Shown piece by piece: positions 45,017-56,042 of a stretch of 64,000 nucleotides of DNA. The stretch's first letter is position 1. Every line of letters begins with the position of its first letter. The notes below the pieces were generated by a model, which did not search any database, was not told the origin of the DNA, and saw nothing but the letters and a program-made list of their open reading frames with translations. The position numbers and the translations under genes were made by a program. Source of the DNA: Dehalococcoidia bacterium (lineage in GTDB: Bacteria; Chloroflexota; Dehalococcoidia; UBA2979); the NCBI GenBank assembly GCA_965219085.1, contig OZ244720.1:736001-800000 (forward strand). The letters run 5' to 3'.

Positions 45017-46264
45017 TTAGCCCCGCTCCCGCGGAATCACGCACGTCACGGTCGCGCCGCCCATGGCGCCCCTCGGTTCGACGACAAGACGGCCTCCCAA
45101 TCGCTGAGCGGTCCCGTCCATGTTCTCGAAGCCGCGACCGTGCCGCGCATAGTCGGTGGGTAGCCCTACTCCGTCATCCAACACCGATAGCCGCACCTCA
45201 TCCTTCCCACATGCCAGGTGGATCGCCACCCTGCTCGCTTCGGCATGGCGGTAGGCGTTGGTGAGCGCGTTGTGCGCGATCGAGAAGAGCAGGCCCCTGG
45301 TCTCGGTCGAGAGGGGCGGCTCGACTCCGGTCTGAGTCAGCTCGCAGGGCACAGAGGTGACGTTGGTGAAACTGGTGGCGTGGGATCTGAGAGCGGAGCT
45401 CAACGCGCGGCCCTCGTAGATGCCGCCCATGTGGATGGGGTGTCTCAACTCCCAGATGGCGGAGCGGGACAGCCGGGAGGTCGCCTCCAGGGTGGCGGCC
45501 AGCTCCAGGTTGGCGTCCCCGGCCTGCGCCTTCGCGGTGTCGATGCCGAGCCCGATCATGTACGCCGATTGCGCCGTGGTGTCGTGGATCATCTGGGAGA
45601 ACTCGACCCGCTCACGCTGCAGGTCGCGCTCGCGCTCCACGGCCTGCCTCCACCTCGCTCGCTCGAACCTGGCGATGATGTTGACAATCGCGGCCACCGC
45701 ATACATGACGAGAATCCGGGCGAACAGGGCCCTCTCCTCCGTCGCAGCAGTGTCGATGCCGTCCCCAACGGTCAGGCTGATGGCCAGATAGAGAACGGCC
45801 ACAAAGGTCGCGCAGGCCATAGTGAGCCGAAAGGAAGTGAGAACCACCGCGTACCCGGCAAGCTGAGGGTAGTACAGCAGGTACAAGAACTGATGACTGA
45901 ATCCTCCGCCTATTGCGATAGCGCGCGAGAGTATGAGTACATCCAGCGTTGCATTCGCGAGAATCCAACCCCGTGTCACGGCCTGCTTCGTCGCCAGCCG
46001 GTAGTGCGTGTATCCGTTGAGCCCTATCAGCAACAAGAGCCCCGGCAGATACAGCGTGTAGGTCTCCAGCCAATCCACCGGTCGGTACACCCACAGCACG
46101 AGACCGAAGCCGACGATGAACCAGCGTGCCCAGACGAACGTCCTCGTGATGAGTCCTAAACCGTCCGGGTCGCCGTCGCCGCGCTCCCAATCGGTCATGC
46201 CAAGGACATTTGCCGCCGTGGTGACCAGGTGGACACCCCGGCTGTAGTGGGATCCTTGAGCCAT
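45017..46264 (-). CDS. membrane sensor histidine kinase (paralog of 24283-25539)
   Basis: IHDTTAQSAYMIGLGID, NALTNAYRHA, DDGVG. Confidence 0.9.
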   Translation of the reverse strand: MAQGSHYSRGVHLVTTAANVLGMTDWERGDGDPDGLGLITRTFVWARWFIVGFGLVLWVYRPVDWLETYTLYLPGLLLLIGLNGYTHYRLATKQAVTRGWILANATLDVLILSRAIAIGGGFSHQFLYLLYYPQLAGYAVVLTSFRLTMACATFVAVLYLAISLTVGDGIDTAATEERALFARILVMYAVAAIVNIIARFERARWRQAVERERDLQRERVEFSQMIHDTTAQSAYMIGLGIDTAKAQAGDANLELAATLEATSRLSRSAIWELRHPIHMGGIYEGRALSSALRSHATSFTNVTSVPCELTQTGVEPPLSTETRGLLFSIAHNALTNAYRHAEASRVAIHLACGKDEVRLSVLDDGVGLPTDYARHGRGFENMDGTAQRLGGRLVVEPRGAMGGATVTCVIPRERG

Positions 46265-46479
46265 CTCCCCTCCCGAACAGCGCTGAGCCTCAGGGGGTGC
46301 CGTCATGGGGGACGTGCCCAGGCCCACCGTCCCCAACTCAGCCGATGCTGCCTCCTACAAGAAGGGAGTGCCCGTTCCAACCGGGCAAGAGTACCTGGGG
46401 TAGATTCATGACGCCGCCGGCGCAGCGATCGATCGGCTCACGGGCGGGTGAGGAAGACAAGGCCGGGGAGCGCATCGCC

Positions 46480-47154
46480 CTAACCCTCCGGGTCATAGTC
46501 ATCCAGCAGCCCGTTCCGCGCTGTCCAGAGCACGAGGCGCTGCATGGACGTAACCCCCAGCTTTTCCTGGATGACGTAGATGGCGTTTCGAACGGTGACC
46601 GGCTTGATACCCCTCCGTTCCGCTATCCGGGCGTACGACATGCCCCCTGCGAAGGAGACGAGTATCTCCCGCTCCCTCGCAGTCAGCCCGGCGGCGTCGG
46701 CCGCATCTCCCACGTCGGCGGCAGCGCGGACCGACGCGAACACGCCCCGCACAACCTCAGGGGGCAAGCGAAACTCTCCCCGATACACGCCTCGCAGCGT
46801 CGACAGAAGCTGTTCCCGGTCGGTTTCCTTCTGAAGGTACCCGGTCGCCCCGGCGGCCACCGCCTCCAGCACAGCCGTTTCCTCGTCCGCGACCGTCAGC
46901 ATGACTACACGCGTCTCGGGGGCGGACTCCATGATCTCCCGGCAAGCTTCCACTCCGTCTTTTCTCGGCATCATGACGTCCATCACCACTACGTCCGGAG
47001 ACACCTCGGCAGCCACTCTGACTGCCTCCTCGCCGTCCCCCGCCTGTCCCACCACCTCGAACTCGCCGGACTGTTCCAGGACGAGTTTCAGCCCCTCCCT
47101 CACGATGGAGTGGTCGTCTACCACCATCACCTTGATGCGCCCGTCCGCTGTCAT
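46480..47154 (-). CDS. NarL/LuxR-family response regulator
   Basis: VVDDH, MDVMMP, LTAREREIL. Confidence 0.93.
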   Translation of the reverse strand: MTADGRIKVMVVDDHSIVREGLKLVLEQSGEFEVVGQAGDGEEAVRVAAEVSPDVVVMDVMMPRKDGVEACREIMESAPETRVVMLTVADEETAVLEAVAAGATGYLQKETDREQLLSTLRGVYRGEFRLPPEVVRGVFASVRAAADVGDAADAAGLTAREREILVSFAGGMSYARIAERRGIKPVTVRNAIYVIQEKLGVTSMQRLVLWTARNGLLDDYDPEG

Positions 47155-47344
47155 CCCGGCTTCCTCTCAGCCGAACTCCGGCAGGGTCACGCAACCGACC
47201 ATTGCGCTACCCGGATGGTGACCTCCGCGATCGTCTCCCTTTCGACCGTGAGCTTGCGAAGCGCTTTGGTGGTCCACAGGCCGGGTTCCTAGGCGCCCCA
47301 GCCAAGCTAGCCAGCCGGTGCTGCCTCCGCAACAGCACGAACCC

Positions 47345-47745
47345 TACCCCGACGGCTGCACGCGCGGCGAGGCGGTCTTCGACCCGGAGACCGAGCACTG
47401 CTCGTGCAGGTACCGCCGCTCCCCGAGGAGCGGCTCTACCCGAAGGAGCAGGCGCTGGTCGACCTCGTCGCCGCCGAGCGGCTCCAGGGCCGCCGGGTGC
47501 TCGTCTACGCCACCCACACCGGACGCGCGACATCACCGGTCGGATGGAGGAGTTCCTCGGCCGCCACGGCTTCAGGGTCGCGGTGATGAAGGCCGACGCC
47601 GTGCCGCCGGGGCGCCGCGAGGCGTGGGTGGCGCAGCGGGTCGAGGAGGGCGTCGACGTGCTCATCTGCCACTCCCGGCTGGTGCAGACGGACCTCGACT
47701 TAGTCGACTTCCCGACGATCGTCTGGTTCGAGACGGAGGTCTCGG
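47345..47745 (+). pseudogene. SNF2/helicase C-terminal domain fragment
   Basis: PKEQALVDLV..GRRVLVY..DVLICH.RLVQT.LDLVDFPTIVW across frameshifts. Confidence 0.65.
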
Positions 47746-48100
47746 TTTTCCAATCCACACCAAACACTGCGCTACTCCTGGGCCGTGGCCTTGCCTCCGA
47801 GAGGCGAGTAGAGCGGTTTGCAGACCTGGAGGCGGGCGTTCTGACGGCCACAGCTCGAAACGGCGTCCCCACGACGAACGTCGCCGTGCGGACGCGACCG
47901 TGCTCCGCGCGTGGGCGTGCAGAAGTTCCAGATCTCGTCGAGGTCCGCGCCCGTGTCTAAGGGCCTCACCGTTCCAGTACTGCTGGGCGCGCCGTAGGTC
48001 ATGCCACTCGTCCAGTGGGCTGACCACTCCTGTGCTTCCCTCGGCAGCCCCTTCGGCGGCCTGTCCGGACCCAGAGCCTCGAATGACGAGCCTCCGAGCA

Positions 48101-51100
48101 CTACCTGCCAGAGTCTCTTGCACTGCCGATCCACACCGCGATCCATTGGTCGACGAGCGATACGACCCGCGCATTCACCGGCGGGTTGGCCCCGAGCAAC
48201 CGATCGATCTCAGTTCTGCACTCCCAGAGTGCCGTTGTCATCTCTCGCCCGCGGTGCAGAGTGGCGAGCAACGCCGGGACGATGAGCGACTCGGTCGGAG
48301 GGTGTCGAAGCCCGATCGCTGCGATCAGCGTCGATACGACTCGAACCGCAGACTCCAAAGAGCACTCGGGACCCTCGAGGGTTGCGATCAGCGCTCGGGA
48401 CGCGTCGTCCGTCATGTAACCGTTGGCCTCGAGCAGGCGATGGATGTCCGCTGGCTCGACCCGCACGAACCGGTAGTGCATCTGAGCGATGCGAGCGACG
48501 AACGCCGAGTACTGCTCGTCCGTCAGTTCTCCCGATCGGCGCAACTCTCGCAGCACCGCCTGTGTGTTCACAGCCTTGGTGCCGAACACGCTGGCAAGGG
48601 TGGCTAGTCCAAGGTCGTCCGAGACGAGAAGCGGCCGACCGCGCGGGTCTTCGCCGCCCGCGAAGATCGCAGCTACGCCGGTGTCCCCAAGAGCGTCCTT
48701 AAACACTTCGAGGGTGTCCGGCTCGGCATCAAGGACGGGGTACGAAGGGACGGCAGCGAACGACTCGGCGAGTTCCAGGAGCGATCGGGCAAACCCTGCA
48801 TGCTCGGCCCACTCATCATCGGATAGTTCCACCCACGAGTACGAACCGTCGAGGTTCTTCCCCATGTGCCCTTGGGGCCGCTTTGGCAAGGTCGTCTCGT
48901 AGACCAGTTGCCGCAGTTCGTCGAGTACGGCCTGAGGCACGCTGATGCGGCGGAAACGACGACGGAGGTGCTCTACGAGCCCGAGCTCATGGATGGTGAG
49001 CAACGCCAGCATGTCCAGCACGATGTCGTCGGACTCGCAGAGCGCGTTCCTCGCCCGGTCTGTCTCGGCCTCGGCGCCGGCCCCGAACCGGATGCGAAGT
49101 CCCTCGCCCGCAGTGCACGCTTGCCACACCTCCGGCGCCGGGCGGTCGAGATAGGCGCAGAGGAATGCGAACGGTACCTGATCGTCGCGGTACAGCCTCT
49201 GGAGTTCGCGGGCGAACCGATCACGGTCATCGACGACCTTGAAGATGCTGGTCATGTCATCCGGGGCCACCGCGACGCTCGTGATGTCGGTATTTCCGGG
49301 AAACCGCTCTGGGAACTGGGAGGTGGTCTCCTGAAAGGCGCGGACATACTTGCTCTGGACGTCGACGACCGCAACGGACAGCTCGCCGACGCCCTCCTGG
49401 AGCGGGACCACATCGCCGCGACGATGGCCCCGTAGCGCCACGGCAAGGTCTTCGCCCGACCGCAAGTCATGGTCCGAGAGGCGCTCCTCGCCCTCCTCAA
49501 GGATGAGCCACCACTCTTCGCGGGAGTCCCGCCGGAGCAGCACGGCGCATCCGGGCTCGACCGTCTCCGGGGTGCCTAACTCGTCCTCCTCGCTCATGAA
49601 CAGACCAAAGTAGCCGAGGTGTACTGATGCGTCGCTGATCCCATAGCGTCTTGCCGCGTAAGCCTCCTCCAAGTACTCGGACTCGCCGAGGAGCCGCTTG
49701 AGTTGAGCCAGCCCGAGAAGATCCCGTGGCTCGTCGCGGAGTTCCGAGGCGTCGATGTCTCGGACGGTCGCCAGCGCCCTCTCTCGGTCGCCGCACCAGA
49801 GTAAGGAGTAGGCGAGCTTGAGTCGGTCCTGCGGGGTAGCGTCGTCTCGCGAGCAGATGGCGTCCCGGCGCTCCGCCGCAGCGCCCACATCGCCGACGTA
49901 ATTCAGGATCTGCGCCTCCGTGTCCAGCGCGGGCTTCGGGGGGTGAGGATGCTGCTCGCGCATTGTCCGCGCCCAGTCGAGCGCCTCGCGTAGCCTCTTG
50001 CTGTTCTGAAGATTCCGGAGGAGTTCGAGCGCGCCTGGGTGCAGGACATCGCCGTTCACCACTTGCCCGTACTGGTCCGCCGCGTTGGAGTACTGCTCCT
50101 GCTGGCTGTAGAAGGCGGCCAACCCCAGCCCGAACTTGTTGCGATCGGACTCACCCGACCGCTCGATCGCTCGCAGGAACGAGGTCTCGGCGGCGGCACC
50201 CTCACCGCGAAACGCATGGCGCCGGGCGGCAAGATACAGGAGTCTCGGGTCTTGGGGACGCCGTTGCAACGCCTCATCGAGAAGCGGTCCGACGGAGTCC
50301 TGGCTCCCGAGGGCGTACTCGGCCTCGCCGAGCAGCTCGGCTTTGCCGATGTCATCCCATTCGCGCCGATCGAGCGAGAAGCTGCCGCGGAGGAGCGCCA
50401 CCGCCCCCGGCCGGTCGCCCGACCCGAGGGTGGATGCGGCATGAGGCACGAGAGCCCTCGCCCGAGTGTCGGGATCCTCAATAGAGTCGAACGTGGTGCG
50501 CGCCCCGGGGAAGTCGTCTGTCTCAAGCAAGATCAGGCCCTTGTTGTAGAGGCCCGCGGAGTCGCCCGGACGTCTCCGCAGGACGGCCTCAACGTCGGCC
50601 ATGGCCCCCGTGGTGTCTCCAACGTACAACCGAGCCCCAGCCCGGATGCTCAGGGCGTGCAGGACGCGCGCTTCCAGATCCGTGCTCTCCAGCAACGCGA
50701 GCGCCTTGGCGGCGCACGTCTCGGCCTCACGACACTCGACGATGGGCTGATCGGCGAAGCCAGCCTGCACCGCGAGCATCTGGCACTCGGCAAGCACGAT
50801 GTGCGTTTCGGGATCGTCCGCGTCGTCGTCGACAAGCCAGCGGGCGAACTCGACCGCCTCGCCGAAGCGCTGCTGCTCGGCCCGAATCCGGGCAAGCGCG
50901 AGGACGCATCGCGGATCATCCGCGATCCACGCCTCAGCGGCGACGAACTCCTCCATCTGATCGGCCTCGCCGGCTTTCCAGAGCGCCCCTAGCAGCACGG
51001 CCGCCGCGTGCGAATCCCGGGGCTCCAGGTCGAGCGAGCGGCGCGCCAACTCCACTGCGCGGCGCGGGTCGCCACGAAGCCCAGCCGCCACCGCGGCGTT

Positions 51101-51385
51101 CGCCAACGCCGCCGCGTCGTCGGGTCGCAAGCGGTAGGCTTCCTCGAGGTAGGCGCAGCCTTCCTCGATCGCTTCAGCGGCGAGGGCGCAGGAGCCGAGC
51201 AGCGTGAGCAGGCGGTACTGAATGTCGTCAGGGAGGTCCTCGGCCGTGCGCCTGACGAGGTCGAGGATTGCATGCGCTGCGGTTACCTTGCCGGACTCGA
51301 AGAGGCTGCGCGCTGAGTTGACCTGGACCGAGGCTTCGCCGTGTTGGGAATCCGCAGAGACGTCCTGATCGGCAGGAACGGCCAC
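48101..51385 (-). CDS. TPR + GreA/B-C-like + PIN-domain protein (candidate defence effector)
   Basis: TPR-like helices; LAVALRGHRRGDVV; IVLDMLAL..VPQAVLDEL..LVSDDLGL. Confidence 0.7.
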   Translation of the reverse strand: MAVPADQDVSADSQHGEASVQVNSARSLFESGKVTAAHAILDLVRRTAEDLPDDIQYRLLTLLGSCALAAEAIEEGCAYLEEAYRLRPDDAAALANAAVAAGLRGDPRRAVELARRSLDLEPRDSHAAAVLLGALWKAGEADQMEEFVAAEAWIADDPRCVLALARIRAEQQRFGEAVEFARWLVDDDADDPETHIVLAECQMLAVQAGFADQPIVECREAETCAAKALALLESTDLEARVLHALSIRAGARLYVGDTTGAMADVEAVLRRRPGDSAGLYNKGLILLETDDFPGARTTFDSIEDPDTRARALVPHAASTLGSGDRPGAVALLRGSFSLDRREWDDIGKAELLGEAEYALGSQDSVGPLLDEALQRRPQDPRLLYLAARRHAFRGEGAAAETSFLRAIERSGESDRNKFGLGLAAFYSQQEQYSNAADQYGQVVNGDVLHPGALELLRNLQNSKRLREALDWARTMREQHPHPPKPALDTEAQILNYVGDVGAAAERRDAICSRDDATPQDRLKLAYSLLWCGDRERALATVRDIDASELRDEPRDLLGLAQLKRLLGESEYLEEAYAARRYGISDASVHLGYFGLFMSEEDELGTPETVEPGCAVLLRRDSREEWWLILEEGEERLSDHDLRSGEDLAVALRGHRRGDVVPLQEGVGELSVAVVDVQSKYVRAFQETTSQFPERFPGNTDITSVAVAPDDMTSIFKVVDDRDRFARELQRLYRDDQVPFAFLCAYLDRPAPEVWQACTAGEGLRIRFGAGAEAETDRARNALCESDDIVLDMLALLTIHELGLVEHLRRRFRRISVPQAVLDELRQLVYETTLPKRPQGHMGKNLDGSYSWVELSDDEWAEHAGFARSLLELAESFAAVPSYPVLDAEPDTLEVFKDALGDTGVAAIFAGGEDPRGRPLLVSDDLGLATLASVFGTKAVNTQAVLRELRRSGELTDEQYSAFVARIAQMHYRFVRVEPADIHRLLEANGYMTDDASRALIATLEGPECSLESAVRVVSTLIAAIGLRHPPTESLIVPALLATLHRGREMTTALWECRTEIDRLLGANPPVNARVVSLVDQWIAVWIGSARDSGR

Positions 51386-51795
51386 TGTTGCGGCGCCAGC
51401 CGACCTGAGCTCCCGTCGCTCAGTGCCGCCACAGCCCGAGCGTGAGCAGGCGGCGCAGGAAGCGCCAGCAGTGCGCGCGCACCAGCCCCCGGCGCGCACG
51501 GCGCAGCGACCGCTCGCGGCGCTGCCGCTCCTCCCCGAGCCTGGACTCGTCCCAGGGGTAGGTGTCCGGCGGCAGGGTCAGTTCGTAATCGCCGACGAGG
51601 ACCAGCTCGAGCTCGCACATGCGCACCCAGGCGCGGGCCCGCTCCACGCCGCTCGCCCCCCTGTCGAGGTGCGCGATGCGCTGTCGCCGCCACTCCACGA
51701 TGACGGGCGCGGCCTCGCCGTAGACGAACTTGGGAATGACAACTCCATTTGGCCCCACCGTGATGATGAGTTCTGGCCCCACCCGGCGGTCGTGA

Positions 51796-52569
51796 TCAGG
51801 TCGTAGCTGCACCTCCCCTCGTGACGCGCAGGCGGTAGGACTCGCTGCCGGTCTCGATGATGTGGGCGCGGAAGGTGAGCCGGTCGACGACGGCGGCGGC
51901 GAGCCGGGGGTCGGCGAAGGTCTCGCCCCACTCCGAGAACGGGGCGTTGGAGGCGACCGCCACCGACGCCCGCTCCTCGCGCTCGGTGAGGACCTGGAAG
52001 AGCAACTCGGCGCCGCGCCGGTCGAGCTGCAGGTAGCCGAGCTCGTCGAGGCAGAGCAGATCGAGCCGGCCGTAGCGGGCGACCACGCGCGAGAGCATGC
52101 GCTCGTCGGCGGCCTCGGCCAGCTCGTTCACGAGCTGTGCCGCCGTCGTGTAGCGCACGCGCAGCCCGCGCTGGCAGGCGGCCATGCCGAGGCCGATCAG
52201 CAGGTGCGACTTGCCGGTACCGCTGTCGCCGAGCAGCACCACAGGCTCGCCCCGTTCGACCCACTCGCAGCGCTCGAGGGAGGCGAGCAGCGCCGGGGCG
52301 ACGCTGGGCGCCGCCGCCAGGTCGAAGTCGGCGAGGTGCTTGAGCCTCGGGAAGCGCGCCTCGTGGACGCGGCGCTCGCGGCGGCGCGCGTCGCGGTCGT
52401 CGAGCTCGGCCTGGAGCAGCTCGGCGAGGTAGGCGAGGTGGCTGAGGCGGTCGCGCAGCGCGGCCTCGGCGAGGGAGCCGGCCTGCTCGCGCACGGTCGG
52501 GAGGCGCAGCGCGCGACTGGTCGCTTCGACCGTCAGTGCCGCCGCCTGCTCGGTCACCGGCGCGCTCAT
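51796..52569 (-). CDS. istB: IS21 AAA+ helper ATPase
   Basis: GDSGTGKSH, LCLDELGY, AVVDRL. Confidence 0.93.
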   Translation of the reverse strand: MSAPVTEQAAALTVEATSRALRLPTVREQAGSLAEAALRDRLSHLAYLAELLQAELDDRDARRRERRVHEARFPRLKHLADFDLAAAPSVAPALLASLERCEWVERGEPVVLLGDSGTGKSHLLIGLGMAACQRGLRVRYTTAAQLVNELAEAADERMLSRVVARYGRLDLLCLDELGYLQLDRRGAELLFQVLTEREERASVAVASNAPFSEWGETFADPRLAAAVVDRLTFRAHIIETGSESYRLRVTRGGAATT

Positions 52570-54095
52570 CGCGCACTCCCGGCGAGCAGCGCGTCGTAGC
52601 CGGCCAGGCTCGGGGCCGGGCGGTCGAAGCGCCTGAGCGCCGGCCGCTCCACGACGGCGGTCGCGCGCCGACCGTCGGCGATGCGCCGCGCCTCGATGGC
52701 GACCAGCGCCGGGTCCACCGCGCCCACTCGCTCGACCGCGTCGAGCGCGGCGTGCACGGCGACAAAGGGGAGGCGGCGATGCAGGAGCAGTACCTCGACG
52801 AGCACGCGCGTCCCCTCGCGGTCGCCGAGCTTGCGGCGGGCGCGCTGCCAGAAGCGCTCGTGCGCGGCGGTGAAGCCTCCGTCCGCCCGGGCCTGAGCGA
52901 GCGCAACCGAGCCGGGCAGCGCGCCGGGCTTGCGCGACAGCACTTCGAGGTAGTGGTCGAGCACGAGCACCTCGGCGCCCTTGCGCGCGCTGCGCTCGTG
53001 GCGGGCGACCTCGCGGCCCTCGGCGTGCACGGTGAGCGCCGCGCCGCCGAGGCGCACCTCCACCGTGCGGCCGGCGTAGGCCGCGGGGACCGAGTAGCGC
53101 GAGCCGCGCACCGCGATGCGCGCCTTGCGGTCGGCCTTCGCCCGCAGCGCGACCGTAGGGTCGTACGGCTCGGTGGGGAGGGGCCTGAGCGCGGACCGCT
53201 CGGCCTCCGCCGCCTGGCCGACGGTGGCGAGGCGGCCGGCGATGTGGCGGGCGTCGTCTGTGCGGTCGGCTGCCTCGAGTTGCGCGTTCAGCTCGGCGAG
53301 GCTCTCCACGCGCGGGACCGGCACGAGGTGGCGGCGGCGGAAGCGGCCGACCTCGCCCTCCACGCCGCCCTTCTCGTGCGCGCCCCCGGCGCCGGGCTCG
53401 CAGAAGAAGGCGTCGAAGCCGTAGTGCGAGCGCAGCGCGGTGAAGCGGTCGCTCTCGACGCGGTCGCGCCCGGCGAGCACGCGCACCACGGCCGCTTTGA
53501 GGTTGTCGTAGCGGACCCGCCGCGGCACCCCGCCGAGGCGCTCGAAGGCGACCGCGTGGCCCTCGAGGAACGCCTCCTGGCCCTCGCCCGCGAAACAGAC
53601 GTGGACCGCCCGCCCCGAGTGCGAGAGCCGCATCACGAACATCGAGAGCTCGGTCAGCTCCCCGTCCAGGAAGACGCTCACCCTGCCGAAGTCGGCCTCC
53701 GCCTCCTCGCCCGGAGGATGCAGCTGGGGGATCGTCACCTCGACGCTGCCGGACTCGAGCTCGCGGCGCAGCCGGCCGACGTAGGCGCGCACCGTCGACT
53801 CGGCGACACTCACGCCGCGCTCGTCGACGAGGCGCTGCCAGATCCGCCGCGCGGTGTGGCGCTGCTTGCGCGGCGCGCTCAGGTCGGCGACCAGCCACTC
53901 CCGGATGACCTCCACGTACGGACCGAGCTGCGGCGCCAGGCGGGGCGCCCGCTTGCGCCGCGGCGGCAGCGCCGACCGCAGCGCCTGCCGCACCGTGCGC
54001 CGGTGCACGCGGTGGCGCCGCGCCAGGCCGCGGATGGACACACGCTCCTCGCGCCGGTCTCGTCGGATATGCTCGAACAGCTCCACCCTCGACAA
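52566..54095 (-). CDS. istA: IS21 transposase
   Basis: AEADFG, YDNLK, EKGGVE. Confidence 0.93.
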   Translation of the reverse strand: MSRVELFEHIRRDRREERVSIRGLARRHRVHRRTVRQALRSALPPRRKRAPRLAPQLGPYVEVIREWLVADLSAPRKQRHTARRIWQRLVDERGVSVAESTVRAYVGRLRRELESGSVEVTIPQLHPPGEEAEADFGRVSVFLDGELTELSMFVMRLSHSGRAVHVCFAGEGQEAFLEGHAVAFERLGGVPRRVRYDNLKAAVVRVLAGRDRVESDRFTALRSHYGFDAFFCEPGAGGAHEKGGVEGEVGRFRRRHLVPVPRVESLAELNAQLEAADRTDDARHIAGRLATVGQAAEAERSALRPLPTEPYDPTVALRAKADRKARIAVRGSRYSVPAAYAGRTVEVRLGGAALTVHAEGREVARHERSARKGAEVLVLDHYLEVLSRKPGALPGSVALAQARADGGFTAAHERFWQRARRKLGDREGTRVLVEVLLLHRRLPFVAVHAALDAVERVGAVDPALVAIEARRIADGRRATAVVERPALRRFDRPAPSLAGYDALLAGSAR

Positions 54096-55268
54096 CTCCT
54101 CGTCCTTCGCTCGGGGATGTGACGTTCACCCGAGCGTAGTCACTGGATCGGTCGGGGGTGGGGCCAGTTCAGACCATCACTGGGCCTCCAGGTGGGGCCA
54201 CTTCAGACTGTCACACCCACGAACTCCTCGCCCGCCTCCGCCTGCAGCGTCACGACCTCGGGGGGGTCCCGGTGGGGCTTCGTGACCCGCTCGCGTCCGA
54301 CTGCCGGCTGCGCGAGGCCCTGCAAGGCGGTTGGAGTCCCGTCGTCGCGGCGCGCTCCGGGTGGCTCCGTCGCCGGTGCGGTCCCGCCGTCCTGTTGCGA
54401 CTCCACCCGCGACAGCCTGCGCTCCCACGCCCGCAGCGCCTCGGCCTGCAGGTCCGCCAGCGTCCGGAACTCGTCGCGCAGCGCCTCGACGGCCTCGTCC
54501 AGTCCCTCCACGTCCTTGTCGAGCATCTCCGTGCGGCGCTCGAGTGCGTCCAGGCGGCTGCGCCGCCGGGCCGCCTCCGGGTTGGCGCCCCGCCGTTCCA
54601 GCGCCTCCGTGACCAGCGGGGTCAGGCGACCTTGGTCGAGCACGCGCCACAGCGCCTTGCGGTCGATGCCCAGCTGCCTCGCCGCCCCGCCGTGTCCCGC
54701 CTCGTGATGAGGTCGCGCAGGTTCGCCAGCAGGAGCTGCTCGCCCTCCTGTTCAGGGCTCTCGTGTCCGTCCATCGCGCACTCCGCTGTCCCCGGGCCTC
54801 GCTTCGGGGCTGCCCCACCTGCCCCATTTCCCGCCCCAACCCCGTGGAACGGGGACTGTACAGGAACTGATCGGCCTGCCCCACCTGTAGGGGCGCTCTT
54901 TCCGTTGGCGCCACTGGGGTTTGCGGGGACGACTGCCCCATCGTCACCAACGTCTATTCTCTGTACAGCCCGCTGACATGGAAACCCGCCCCAGGCATGG
55001 GGCACAGTCCCCTCCAAGGGGACTTCACGCGTGACATGTGTGCCGGGGACCTCGCGCCGCTCCGCCGGTTCACGTTGATGCGGCTGAAGGGCGCACGTCC
55101 GGCCCGTTCCGGGGGACGTGCCTGCGAGGTCGCTCATGGGCGACGGCCCGTAGCCGGTTCCGGGTAGGTGGCCGTATTCTGGCGGAGCGCGAGCGGCGTC
55201 CTCGCTTCCCGTCGGGAAGCAGTGTTCTCACGCACGGGGATGCATCCGATCCGAGGGGCGGTGGCGGC

Positions 55269-56042
55269 TTGGCTGAGTGGTCGAACCTCGACGACCTCGT
55301 GGAGCGGGCGTGGCGCTCATTCGAGCGCGCGGCTGCCCTGCGCTCGCGGGTCAGCCCCGCCATCCCGATCCTGTTCTTCGGCGACCTCGACGCCTACCGC
55401 GGCTCGCCGCTGCGAGTGCTGACCGTCGGTCTCAACCCCTCGCTGGAGGAGTTCCCCGCCGGTGAGCCGTTCCTGCGCTTCCCGTTCGCCGCCGAAGTCG
55501 CGAGCGGGGACCGGGATCCCTACCTCAAAGCGCTCGCGGCCTACTTCCGCACCGACCCGTATCGCAACTGGTTCAGGCACTTCGAGCCGCTGCTCGGCGG
55601 CACGCAAGCGAGCTACTACCCGGGCGAGGCCTCGACCGCGCTGCACACCGACATCTGCTCGCCCGTCGCCACGGACCCGACCTGGAGCCGACTGGGTGAG
55701 AGCGATCGCGCGCTCCTCGAGGCCGACGGCGGCCCGCTCTGGCACGCGCTGCTGGAGGCGCTGGAGCCCCATCTCGTGGTCCTCTCCGTCGCGAGGCGTC
55801 ACCTCGATCGCATCAGGTTCGACGCGCCGGGCGGCTGGCGGGTGATTCACGCCTTCGAACGAACGGGTGGCGGAGCGCCACGCTCGCGGCCGTACGAGGT
55901 CAGCGCGCGCTGGCACAGGGTCGGCGGAGGCCGGTCGCTCTTCGTCTTCTGCCCCGCCGGCCGGACCCCGCTCACGATCAGCAACGAGCAGAAGCGTGCG
56001 CTGGGCGCGCACGTGGTGGAGGTATGGCAGCGTGAGCGATAG
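55269..56042 (+). CDS. uracil-DNA-glycosylase-superfamily-like protein
   Basis: PILFFGD..VLTVGLNPS..HTDICSP.AT..LEALEPHLVVLS. Confidence 0.6.
   Translation: MAEWSNLDDLVERAWRSFERAAALRSRVSPAIPILFFGDLDAYRGSPLRVLTVGLNPSLEEFPAGEPFLRFPFAAEVASGDRDPYLKALAAYFRTDPYRNWFRHFEPLLGGTQASYYPGEASTALHTDICSPVATDPTWSRLGESDRALLEADGGPLWHALLEALEPHLVVLSVARRHLDRIRFDAPGGWRVIHAFERTGGGAPRSRPYEVSARWHRVGGGRSLFVFCPAGRTPLTISNEQKRALGAHVVEVWQRER

Larger units (their letters stand above)
51731..54219 (-). mobile_element. IS21-family element
   Basis: TG..CA ends, repeated TGGCCCCACC motifs, 6-bp duplication CGAACT (51725-30, 54220-25). Confidence 0.95.
51420..54774 (-). pseudogene. HTH/coiled-coil gene split by IS21
   Basis: AGEEFV and YGEAAP rejoin in frame across the CGAACT duplication. 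Confidence 0.7.

Noticed and set aside
47772-48146. ORF downstream of the TPR-PIN gene as a partner gene
   Set aside because: No recognisable motif or clear start, and it abuts helicase debris.
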